Source of the DNA: Candidatus Hodarchaeota archaeon
GTDB taxonomy: Archaea; Asgardarchaeota; Heimdallarchaeia; Hodarchaeales; Hodarchaeaceae
DNA length: 45,218 bases
Reading direction: 5' to 3'
Assembly: GCA_016839815.1 (NCBI GenBank)
Contig: JAEOTM010000159.1
Span: forward strand, 1 to 45,218
Under the pieces are notes generated by a model, which was given only the letters and a program-made list of their open reading frames with translations, was not told the origin of the DNA and did not search any database. Made by a program: the position numbers and the translations under genes. This document shows positions 19,156 through 28,166 of the stretch, piece by piece. Each line of letters begins with the position of its first letter. Positions within the stretch are counted from its first letter, which is position 1.

Positions 19156-20229
19156 TCAGTGCATAATACAGGCCATTACCCCTTTCTGGGCATGTAGCCT
19201 ATTTTCTGCCTGATCAAAGATAATAGATCTAGGACCATCTGCTACTTCATCATCTACTTCCATTCCTCTATCTTGAGGTAAGCAATGCATATAGTAACCT
19301 CGTCCGTTCTTTGTTACATCCATCAATTCTACAGTTGTTTTCCAGTCCTTGTACGTATTCATAATATCTGGCATGATCTCAGGTTTAGCTGGTCGGACTC
19401 CTTCGACACCATGAGCTTCTAGAACACCCCAGCTCTTGGGATAAACAAAATCTGCACCTTCAAATGCCGTTTTCATATCACGTTCAATTTGGAATGAACC
19501 GCCATGGATATCAGAATATTCCTCTACCTTTTTGATAATATCCGGATGTAAATCAAATTCAGGGGGACAGGCTAAAGTGACATCCATTCCAAACATAGAG
19601 GGTGCTAGAACTCCTGTTTGTGGAACAGCCATTGGTTTTTGTCCTGCAGAGTAAGCCCAACTCATGACATACTTTTTTCCTTTCAAATTATTGAAGCTAT
19701 GTCCACTTTTCTCATACATAGTCATAACATCAGCCATTCCCTGGCAGGGATGGTAGACATCGGATTCCATATTGATAATCGGTTTTTTACTCCAATACGC
19801 GAAATTTTCTTGAATTTGTTGCCCCTTACCATACATCCATCCACATTTGCCTCCGTAAATACGAATAGCAATGGCGTCACCCATGCGTGAGAGGACACGC
19901 GCTACATCAGAAACTCGCTCTGTCTCATAAGCTATTTCATCACCGGGTAGAGCTGGAGTATAAATTGCTCCTGGTTCTAAAAAATGAGCATGACCTCCTA
20001 ATTGTGTCATTCCAGCCTCAAACGAATTTCTCGTACGTAGACTGTCATTATAAAAAACCATAAATAGTGTTTGTGCGGGTAAGATCTGTCGATGATCTTC
20101 ACGCATAGTAAAACGACGTTTTAGATCTATTCCTACGCTCAAAAATGTTTCAATTTCTTCTCGTGTAAAGTCGGTCATGGTGAGAAAATCTCGCCCTTTC
20201 AAATCTTCTGTGACTACCATACTAATCAA
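19156..20229 (-). CDS. Knotted carbamoyltransferase, YgeW/N-acetylornithine carbamoyltransferase-like, paralogue A
   Basis: SLRTRNSF, HPCQGMAD, MSWAYS..KPMAVPQ, FGMDVTLA, ADFVYPKSW, MHCLP, FDQAENR; start TTG 20229 or ATG 20220. Confidence 0.9.
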   Translation of the reverse strand: MISMVVTEDLKGRDFLTMTDFTREEIETFLSVGIDLKRRFTMREDHRQILPAQTLFMVFYNDSLRTRNSFEAGMTQLGGHAHFLEPGAIYTPALPGDEIAYETERVSDVARVLSRMGDAIAIRIYGGKCGWMYGKGQQIQENFAYWSKKPIINMESDVYHPCQGMADVMTMYEKSGHSFNNLKGKKYVMSWAYSAGQKPMAVPQTGVLAPSMFGMDVTLACPPEFDLHPDIIKKVEEYSDIHGGSFQIERDMKTAFEGADFVYPKSWGVLEAHGVEGVRPAKPEIMPDIMNTYKDWKTTVELMDVTKNGRGYYMHCLPQDRGMEVDDEVADGPRSIIFDQAENRLHAQKGVMACIMH

Positions 20230-20354
20230 TCCTTTTATTAGAATAAGCGAAATAAATATGGGTGATGCAAATCATGCAAATAACCCACTCTTCGGTGATT
20301 TCTCCTCCTCCAAACGAACTTCAAATTTGTTATTGAGAGGGTCAATCTCTATAA

Positions 20355-20942
20355 TTAATCTCTTTTGTTGTCTCTCTTCATATAGGAGAGCATGATTAGA
20401 CAAATGAGTATCATAATCAACGAGAAATTTGTACCAAAGCTGGAGTTTGCTGTTGTTGAATTAAAATCTTTGGTGGTAACAGCATCAGTAGTACTAGACG
20501 GAGGAAAGGATTTTATAGTAAAAAATACTGTTTCAGAGGCTCCCATATTACCAGAAGTATCATTCGCATAAACAGTTACATAATGTTTACTTACCGCTGT
20601 ATCAACCGTGGTATTTTCTTGTATTGTAATATTTTCTTCCCCATCTAAGGAATAACCAATCCATACTACTGGTTTATTAATCTTAAAACTCAGTTCAAAT
20701 GTATCTAATCCACAATACCACACTGTTGCAGGATAAGTTCGATTATTTGGACTTAGAATTATAATTTCTGGAGGGAGTGTGTCCTGTTGCGAGTATTCGC
20801 TTGAACCCTGAGATTTTGAGTTGTAAAATACGTCAGAATTTGACAATATACCTTTTGAAGTTCGGAAAAACCCTATTATGCTAAAAACTAATAGTAGAGA
20901 TACTAAACCCAAGGCACTATATTTTGAATAGATTTTGTTCAT
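20355..20942 (-). CDS. Small secreted Ig-like domain protein with Thr linker and C-terminal TM anchor
   Basis: DTLPPEIIILSPNNRTY...WIGYSLDG...TVYANDTSGN.G...FFTI. Confidence 0.8.
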   Translation of the reverse strand: MNKIYSKYSALGLVSLLLVFSIIGFFRTSKGILSNSDVFYNSKSQGSSEYSQQDTLPPEIIILSPNNRTYPATVWYCGLDTFELSFKINKPVVWIGYSLDGEENITIQENTTVDTAVSKHYVTVYANDTSGNMGASETVFFTIKSFPPSSTTDAVTTKDFNSTTANSSFGTNFSLIMILICLIMLSYMKRDNKRD

Positions 20943-21140
20943 TTTGGCTCGAGACTCTATGGATATGAGAAAATCATCCTATAATAACTTTCAGAGCCGA
21001 TCCCATTAGTTCTTCATCAGATCTTACTTGTAAAAGTTTTCTCCGAGGAGACTATCTAGGTATACACAAAAAGATGGAGGTCTTTCAGGTACCCTCATGA
21101 TAACACAATAAGATATTATTGGAGTTTTTTAGGTGAATAA

Positions 21141-23282
21141 TTGTTGCAGAAAAAGTTAATTTTTCAAATATTTACCATCATTCTTCTATTGGGTGTTATA
21201 AATGGACTTTCCTCTGTTTCATCTAGTTTCGAGAGTGAACATGCAACCTTCAAATTTAATACTGGTTCTTACAGTTATACTTATGAAGGTAATTACTCTT
21301 ATACGGATAGCTGGGATTTAACAGATTCAGATGAATATATATCCGCATATCCTGAATCAACTGCCGTATATTTTCCTGATTCCTTGAGCGTTTCTGTTTA
21401 TTATTACGTTGATTGGACAGAATATGATTATGATTTGTGGGAATTTGTAGATTACTATGGCTATGCTTTCTTAGATTCTGAAGATCCTATTTACGGATCT
21501 AATGAATCTAATCTAGATTATTGGAACTATGTGGATTTTTATCCACTTGAGGATGTCAATAACTCAATTTACGAGTTTTATGAACCCGAACTTATAGAGG
21601 AGTTCATTTATTGGTGGGAATATGATTTATACGATCCTTTAACTGATGATTGGATTGGTACACGCTGGGCTTTCGATTGGGAAATCTTGGTTTACGATAG
21701 TCTCGAGAATGTTGGTGATTTAGACTACCTTGATTATTGGATCTATTATGAAGTCATAGATCTGGAAGTACAGACTACTGGTGAGTGGTTTGATGTTAAT
21801 ATTCACTATAATGATTCTTGGAAATACGAATCAGTAGGGACATCAGAATTTTATTATGAGTATACTGCTGATATCGACGGATATTTGGTAAATCTGAGTT
21901 CTAACACCTTGGATTTTGAGTATTTAGCCACGGTAGATAGTGAAGTTACTTTCACCGAACTAGAGACTTATGCAGATACTTATACCTGGGAATTTAATTG
22001 GAACCCAATTGTTTACGCCTCTACCCAGATGGAATGGCAAAATGAGACCATTGATCCTGGTGAAGAGCTTCCGTTTGAAATGATTCCTGCCTGGCTTCAA
22101 CCTCAAACCGAGTATGAGGAGACCTATTTCTCTGATCGAGCTTACAGCGAAGGTACTTTTGACTCCATATCAACCTTTCAATCGCACTTTCATGCTTTTC
22201 AAACAAATTCAACCCCTGAATCATATGTCATTTGGGGTAACCGTGAAGAAAGTGTTTTTCTAGCATACTCAGAACATAGTTCTCCCCATACAGGCTTTAA
22301 TTTTAAATATGATGCGAAAGACCATACGTTTACATATATTGACGATGTACAATACTGGGGATACCCTGAAGTATATAGTGAATCATCCACATATGAATAT
22401 TCATATATTGAAGATTCTCACGGTTATATTCACTCAACTGTTCTGAATACCGATTGGGAATATACCTCTGAAGCAGTGGGTGAGTGGGATATTGAATGGG
22501 AAGATGTAGTTCCCGATTATTCAGTTGATTTTAGTTCAGAAGAACCTATTTATAGTGAAAATACCATTACACTTAATTGGGTGATAACTTATTCTGATTT
22601 TCCAATATGGTGGGTAGACAACGATTGGACTGAATCTTTTTGGACTTATTCTGATCTAATTTACGACTATTCTATGGTAGTCTATCCTAGTACTGGTATC
22701 TCGGAATTGAGTACTACTACTTCCATAGGTGCTCAAACAGGGGCCTCTGATACATTTTCTGGACTGGGTTTAGGGGTGGTTCAAACTTCTGAGACAGTCA
22801 CAACCTCTCAACTTGAGATGCAGAATTCATATGTTAATTCCAAATCCACAGATATGCTCAACTTTCAACTTAACGCTGGATCAGTGGCTTCGATTGATTT
22901 TAGTGGAGATAAAAGTAATTATGTTTTATCTTCTTCTGGAACTGACGAAACAAACACGATAGCAGTGAATTATATGAATTTGATGCATCTAAAAGGAGAT
23001 ACCAATAAGACACTTTTTTCTGAAACTTCAGATAGAATTGGAGTCTTTTTAGCAGATAGCTACCAAAATGAGAGTTATAGTTACATCTACGATAAATATC
23101 TAGTAATAACATCTTACCCCAAATGGGATGGTGATGCAATTACTCACGATCCTACTTTTAGCGCGGTTGCAGCAGTTACTTCAGAAGATTCAACAGATAA
23201 ATCAGCTCCAATCCCTGGTTTTGAATTTTCAAGTCTGTTTATTGGAACTCTAGTAATGGTATTCCTTCAGAGAAAGAAATAA
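21141..23282 (+). CDS. Highly acidic, aromatic-rich surface protein with PGF-CTERM-like anchor
   Basis: TTG after AGGTGA; signal peptide; D/E/Y/W-rich body; YPKWDGDAITHDPTF; IPGF + TM + RKK. Confidence 0.85.
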   Translation: MLQKKLIFQIFTIILLLGVINGLSSVSSSFESEHATFKFNTGSYSYTYEGNYSYTDSWDLTDSDEYISAYPESTAVYFPDSLSVSVYYYVDWTEYDYDLWEFVDYYGYAFLDSEDPIYGSNESNLDYWNYVDFYPLEDVNNSIYEFYEPELIEEFIYWWEYDLYDPLTDDWIGTRWAFDWEILVYDSLENVGDLDYLDYWIYYEVIDLEVQTTGEWFDVNIHYNDSWKYESVGTSEFYYEYTADIDGYLVNLSSNTLDFEYLATVDSEVTFTELETYADTYTWEFNWNPIVYASTQMEWQNETIDPGEELPFEMIPAWLQPQTEYEETYFSDRAYSEGTFDSISTFQSHFHAFQTNSTPESYVIWGNREESVFLAYSEHSSPHTGFNFKYDAKDHTFTYIDDVQYWGYPEVYSESSTYEYSYIEDSHGYIHSTVLNTDWEYTSEAVGEWDIEWEDVVPDYSVDFSSEEPIYSENTITLNWVITYSDFPIWWVDNDWTESFWTYSDLIYDYSMVVYPSTGISELSTTTSIGAQTGASDTFSGLGLGVVQTSETVTTSQLEMQNSYVNSKSTDMLNFQLNAGSVASIDFSGDKSNYVLSSSGTDETNTIAVNYMNLMHLKGDTNKTLFSETSDRIGVFLADSYQNESYSYIYDKYLVITSYPKWDGDAITHDPTFSAVAAVTSEDSTDKSAPIPGFEFSSLFIGTLVMVFLQRKK

Positions 23283-23407
23283 CTCCTTTCTCCCTCTTCT
23301 TTTTTCCTAATCCTCATTGTAAAGTATTGAACTATTTTGGAAATCTGTAGAGGAAGGCTTAAGAGGGAGTTTCACAATAGTTAATTTGCACTTTATGGTG
23401 GTTAGAT

Positions 23408-23905
23408 ATGCCTGAAAAAGTCATTCAAGGAGATAGTAAACTTAAAGTGGGAGATGAAGCTCCAGATTTTGCTCTTCCTGCACAGGATGGAAAGAAAATT
23501 CGTCTGTCAGATTATCGCGGGAAAAAAAATGTAATGTTAGCATTTTATCCTCAGGATTTTACTCCAGTTTGTTCACACCAACTGCCGAGCTATAGTAACC
23601 AGGTCAATAAGTTTGAAGAACTGAATACTCAAGTATTAGCAATTGGTATTGCTTCAATACCAGTCCACATCGCTTGGATTGATTCTTTAGGTGGATTAAA
23701 TTATCCATTATTAGCCGATTGGGTTCCATTCGGGGAAGTTAGCAAAAAATATGATGCTTTTATACCACGGATTGGATTTGGAAAAAGAGCAATCTTCATT
23801 GTGGATAAAGAGGGAATTATCCAATATATCGATATTCCCCATGAACTAAATGAAGGTCCTCCAGATGAAGCGAAAATCTTCGCTGCATTAGAGAAACTTC
23901 AATAA
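23408..23905 (+). CDS. Peroxiredoxin (AhpE/BCP-like, single Cys)
   Basis: [20 protein letters not shown] (PxxxTxxC), [10 protein letters not shown]. Confidence 0.92.
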   Translation: MPEKVIQGDSKLKVGDEAPDFALPAQDGKKIRLSDYRGKKNVMLAFYPQDFTPVCSHQLPSYSNQVNKFEELNTQVLAIGIASIPVHIAWIDSLGGLNYPLLADWVPFGEVSKKYDAFIPRIGFGKRAIFIVDKEGIIQYIDIPHELNEGPPDEAKIFAALEKLQ

Positions 23906-23930
23906 TCCTTAGCTTTCCTATTTAATTAGT

Positions 23931-25283
23931 TTAAAGAGGAACAACTCTGGGAGTTAAATCCAACCTATCCCAGAGTTTTATAGCAGAATCTTTCGATTGT
24001 TGACTCACTTCGCTAGCGTCAAGAGAAGTATGAATACCGTTTTTCACAATCGTTCTTCCGTTTACAATAACCCGTTTGATATCTCGGCGCGAGAATGACC
24101 CATACACCATATGACCATATACATTACCTTCATGTATGGGTGTAGGAAGAGCAGAAGTATCTAGAATTACAAAATCACCTTTTTTACCTACTTCCAGTGA
24201 TCCAATTTGATCCTTCAATCCAATTGCTTGTGCAGCATTAATCGTGATCATTTGAATGACTTGTAACGGAGTAGGAACCTGACTAGGGTTTCGATGTTTT
24301 AATTTATGCATCAGATATGCCGTACGCATATTCTCAATCGCATCGTAAATAAATCCATCATTTCCTACACCAATATTTATCCCTTTAGCTAACATCTCAG
24401 GTAATTGAGCAACACCAACTGCATTTAACTCATTACTTTTCGGATTATGAGCAATATTCGTCTTTGTTTCCGCAATTAAGTCTATTTCTCGTTGATTGAT
24501 GTGCACGGCATGAGCTAGGGCAGTTCTAGGTCCAAGGAAACCCTCATCGTATAAGCGTTCCACAGTACGTTTTCCATATCTTTCAAGATTATGTTGAAGG
24601 TCAACCAATCCTTCAGAGGTGTGAATTGTTCTAAAAGAATTCGTTTTCTCAGCATATTCAACAGTATTATGAATTAACTCATCGGAGACTGTGAATGATG
24701 CATGTAAACAATAAATTCCATGTACAAGAGTCTTTTCAGGATCATTTTGGGAAATAAATCTTCGATTTTCTTCTAAACCTCGTTTTCCCTCCTCGGGAGA
24801 GCGACGTTCAGTCGCCTCAAAACAAATAGCACCTCTAGTACCCACATCTTGTGTTGCTTTACTGATCCGATCAAGAGAACCTTCAATAGAATTTGGGCCA
24901 GAATATGTATCTAAATAAGCTGTAACACCATTCAGGGCAAGTTCATAGACAGCATAGAGTGTAGAAGTATATGCATCTTCTAAAGTAAGAGCTTCGTCCA
25001 TGGGCCACCAAATTCGTTGTAGATTTTGAGTAAAGTCGGTTGGGGGGCCAATATCCATTGGAGCTCCTCGAAGAAGTGCTGAATACAAGTGAGTATGGGC
25101 ACAGATGAACCCTGGAAAAATAACCTGATCTTCACAGTTTATTATGTCATCAGCTTTTTCTTTAATTTCTTTATCAATTTTAGTTATCTTTCCTCCCTCA
25201 ACCAGTATATCCATGGGTGATTTAACTTCATTTTTATTATTCATGGTTACGACTAAACCATTTTTCAGTAATAACGTATTCAT
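23931..25283 (-). CDS. SsnA-like metal-dependent amidohydrolase
   Basis: PGFICAHTHLYS..RG, DF..NLQRIWWPMDEAL (SsnA-like), LHASFTVSD, IHTSEG, AHAVH, HNPKSNELNAVG, GNDG. Confidence 0.88.
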   Translation of the reverse strand: MNTLLLKNGLVVTMNNKNEVKSPMDILVEGGKITKIDKEIKEKADDIINCEDQVIFPGFICAHTHLYSALLRGAPMDIGPPTDFTQNLQRIWWPMDEALTLEDAYTSTLYAVYELALNGVTAYLDTYSGPNSIEGSLDRISKATQDVGTRGAICFEATERRSPEEGKRGLEENRRFISQNDPEKTLVHGIYCLHASFTVSDELIHNTVEYAEKTNSFRTIHTSEGLVDLQHNLERYGKRTVERLYDEGFLGPRTALAHAVHINQREIDLIAETKTNIAHNPKSNELNAVGVAQLPEMLAKGINIGVGNDGFIYDAIENMRTAYLMHKLKHRNPSQVPTPLQVIQMITINAAQAIGLKDQIGSLEVGKKGDFVILDTSALPTPIHEGNVYGHMVYGSFSRRDIKRVIVNGRTIVKNGIHTSLDASEVSQQSKDSAIKLWDRLDLTPRVVPL

Positions 25284-25604
25284 CTCTATATCTCCATAGA
25301 ATATTCAATTAATGCTATTTATGTCAAGATTCTAACTATATTTGGGTATATTAGAACTAAACGAATTAAATATTGCGGACAATGGAATTAGTGAAAAATC
25401 AAAGAAACTTACTTATAGACGATAATCTATTATCATTAATGATTACAAGAATACTCATTGAATGATTTTTAACAATGCTTTTTCAAACTAGTTCCCGTGT
25501 TCTTTTGAAGAATAGGAGATATAAATGTAGATTCATAATCAATTATTCATTGTTTAACAAAAAATACAATTCAAAAAAATGTTGTACAGTTATGAGGACT
25601 TAAT

Positions 25605-27071
25605 ATGATGAAGATGAGACAAGTCGCTTTGCTAATATCAATTATAATTACCTTATCTTTTCTCTTTCTAGTAATTGAGGGAAAAGAAAATACTGATGAA
25701 TTGAAAATCGTATTTTCCAGTGAATTTTCAGCCAAAAACAATTTTAACCAAGTAAATCATATTTATTCAAGTTACCCTAGTCATACTAATATTCCTAGAA
25801 CAAATTTCACTGGAACCTATAACGTTTCTCTATTTACCAATCCCGATAATGCAGAAGAAGTGATTTTCCGCTATCTAACAGCCGCTGAATCATCCATTTT
25901 TGTTTCGATGTATACTATTAGTAGAGCGGATTTTAATGCAACACTTATTGACTTGAAAAATTCGAATCCCGCAATTAACATTAGTGTTTTAATTTCAGAT
26001 AGGAGAGTAGGGAGTTCAGAGAATGAAGACACTGCAGCGGCCGCTCAATCTCTTGTTGACGCTGGAATTCCTGTTTATTCTTCAACTAAAGATGATGATA
26101 AAGTAGATGGGTTTTATCATGCAAAATACTGGATTATTGATGATAAATATGTTTTCATTTATTCAGGAAATTGGAGTCCACGAAGTGTTACAACGTATGA
26201 GGATGGCTCTTTTTCCTCCTCAAAAGGTAATCGAGATATGGGGATTGCAGTTCATGATGCTCCAGATATTGCTACCTTCTTCAAAAATGAGGTTTGGGAG
26301 AAAGACGTTGCAGTCGCAGATGTTTGGACTCCAACTAGTATTGAATCATCATTCAAGTATAACAGCTCTTCGTTTATTACGCCTAGGATTAGTACTCCAA
26401 ATTTATACCATCCTACATTCAATTCAGTAAATCTCAAAGAATCTATGACTCTGAGTCCAATGTTTACTCCTGATAATGCATTAGATATCCATAAAGCATG
26501 GATAGATAGTGCAAGTTCTACTATTGAGATCCAAAACCAATACATTACCCAATTTGATGATAATATTGATTGGGATGACGATCCTTCTCCTCTAGTTCGT
26601 GCTTTGATTGATGCAAAGAATAGGGGAGTTACCATTCGTGTCCAGGTGAATGAAGACAGTGATTCTGATGATGTCACGGAATATTTCATCAATAATGGGA
26701 TCGAAGTGAGATGGATGGGAAATTCGTCAAGTAGTACAGAAGGTTGGTTATCTGACACTCATAATAAGCTTCTCATAATCGATGGAGAAATTACATTGCT
26801 TTCATCAATCAATTTTGGAGAGAATGCCTTCACTAACAATCGGGAGGCAGGAATGGTGATTCAAAACTCAAATGTTGCAGATTATTACTTATCCATCTTT
26901 GAATCTGATTGGTTAGATGGAGAAATACCTCCTTTTTCATTCGTTCCACAATCTACAACTACTACTACAACACAAAAAACTACAACAACAACAGAAACCA
27001 CTCCATATTCTTGGATCCCCATTATTCTCTCTAGTATGTCGATTTTAATCATCAGGAGGTCAAGGAAATAG
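25605..27071 (+). CDS. Secreted phospholipase D superfamily protein (two HKD motifs) with Thr linker and C-terminal anchor
   Basis: HAKYWIID...SGNWS and HNKLLIID...SSINFG...NREAG; poly-Thr, PYSW, TM, RRSRK. Confidence 0.92.
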   Translation: MMKMRQVALLISIIITLSFLFLVIEGKENTDELKIVFSSEFSAKNNFNQVNHIYSSYPSHTNIPRTNFTGTYNVSLFTNPDNAEEVIFRYLTAAESSIFVSMYTISRADFNATLIDLKNSNPAINISVLISDRRVGSSENEDTAAAAQSLVDAGIPVYSSTKDDDKVDGFYHAKYWIIDDKYVFIYSGNWSPRSVTTYEDGSFSSSKGNRDMGIAVHDAPDIATFFKNEVWEKDVAVADVWTPTSIESSFKYNSSSFITPRISTPNLYHPTFNSVNLKESMTLSPMFTPDNALDIHKAWIDSASSTIEIQNQYITQFDDNIDWDDDPSPLVRALIDAKNRGVTIRVQVNEDSDSDDVTEYFINNGIEVRWMGNSSSSTEGWLSDTHNKLLIIDGEITLLSSINFGENAFTNNREAGMVIQNSNVADYYLSIFESDWLDGEIPPFSFVPQSTTTTTTQKTTTTTETTPYSWIPIILSSMSILIIRRSRK

Positions 27072-27118
27072 TTAAACATAAGTTTAAATTACCTTCATGG
27101 GAAGAAGGAGAGCAATTT

Positions 27119-27313
27119 ATGCGATCTTTGTCTGTTGTTTTAGAAAGAGAAATCGAAACTCGAGATGCAAAGCAGGTTATAGTGTTATCAGATGGAAAAA
27201 TAACTTTTCATCCTGATGATCGTGGATTTGCCTTAATAACCGCGAAAAATGTTACTTTGCAAACTGAAGAAATAGTGAAAAAACTCCAGAGGAAGTTCTC
27301 ACAAGAAGAATGA
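27119..27313 (+). CDS. Small hypothetical protein
   Basis: 64-aa ORF with AGGAG upstream, fills the gap between PLD and histone; no family recognised. Confidence 0.6.
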   Translation: MRSLSVVLEREIETRDAKQVIVLSDGKITFHPDDRGFALITAKNVTLQTEEIVKKLQRKFSQEE

Positions 27314-27379
27314 CCTTTCAAGAAGGTTGGGAAAAAGAAAAAAAGAAAGAGATTAAGGAAAACTGTTAAGATTAGATGC

Positions 27380-27583
27380 TTATTTGGCAGCAGCTAATTT
27401 TACGTCGTTTTCTTTAACGGTTTTTCGGCCAGAGTGTCGAGCAACTTCGACGGCGTATTTGGCCAAATCCATACTGTAATCAGTAAGGACTTCATTTAGT
27501 CTGCTGATAGCTCCCGCGGAAACACGATGAGCACCGGCGGTACGGATTAATTTTTCAATTCTTGCGCTAGCAAATCCTGCCAT
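27380..27583 (-). CDS. Archaeal histone (HMf-type, tailless, 67 aa)
   Basis: ARIEKLIRTAGAHRVS...A.HSGRKTVKENDVKLA; AGA L1 motif retained; ATG 27583 follows AGGTGA. Confidence 0.96.
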   Translation of the reverse strand: MAGFASARIEKLIRTAGAHRVSAGAISRLNEVLTDYSMDLAKYAVEVARHSGRKTVKENDVKLAAAK

Positions 27584-27614
27584 TTTTATTTCACCTTTTC
27601 TCAATAAAAAGTTC

Positions 27615-27671
27615 TTGTTCTACCAGAGTAGAACAATTAAGCTTTCAAAATCTTACTGTTAAATATCTTTC
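27615..27671 (-). promoter_or_regulatory. Histone promoter (BRE/TATA-like) and 5' leader hairpin
   Basis: Minus strand gaaagatatttaac (27671-27658); perfect 9-bp inverted repeat ttgttctac-caga-gtagaacaa (27615-27636). Confidence 0.6.
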
Positions 27672-28166
27672 TCTTTCATTGCTCAGATACCACATGATTT
27701 TATTCCCACTCTAGATTCTATCATAACCACAATGCAAGCTTCAACATTCAAGTTTGTCATAAGTACCACTTGAAATATGCTATCAATCCTAGGTCATCAC
27801 TTTGAATTGATGACCAACCTAGGTATCTCTTGGCAATAGAGCCTAATTATTCGAGAAGAGCCCTTAAACATATACATTCTTTGATTATCAGCAAGAAATC
27901 TAAGTAATTAATATGATAAGTAAGTCTAATCAATTAATATTACCAACATTAAAATTAAAATATCTCTTTCCGGATTTTTTCTGCAAATATTCCATAAAAA
28001 TCAATTTAATTAATATTTAGAAGGTTATGACTTCCTAAATAACTAAAGAATATAATTTGATTGAATTCATGCAGAAATCTTCACTTTTGAAACCTTCGGA
28101 TATAATGACTCTTATTAAGAGGAGAGTTAGACCTTCAAACAGCTTATTGCTTTGGTGGGTTAAGAA

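Noticed and set aside
15675-20229. Calling the cluster a standard arginine deiminase (arcABC) or argF locus
   Set aside because: No arcA in the window, and both transcarbamylases have knotted-family motifs rather than the OTC SMG loop, so no argF/arcB symbol was given
26107-27079. ORFs 26107..26430, 26252..26758 and 26885..27079
   Set aside because: Shadows of the PLD gene; Val runs are the antisense of poly-Thr
27584-27604. N-terminal tail MRKGEIK on the histone
   Set aside because: The extension covers the AGGTGA ribosome-binding site; ATG 27583 is the likelier start, so there is no eukaryote-like tail
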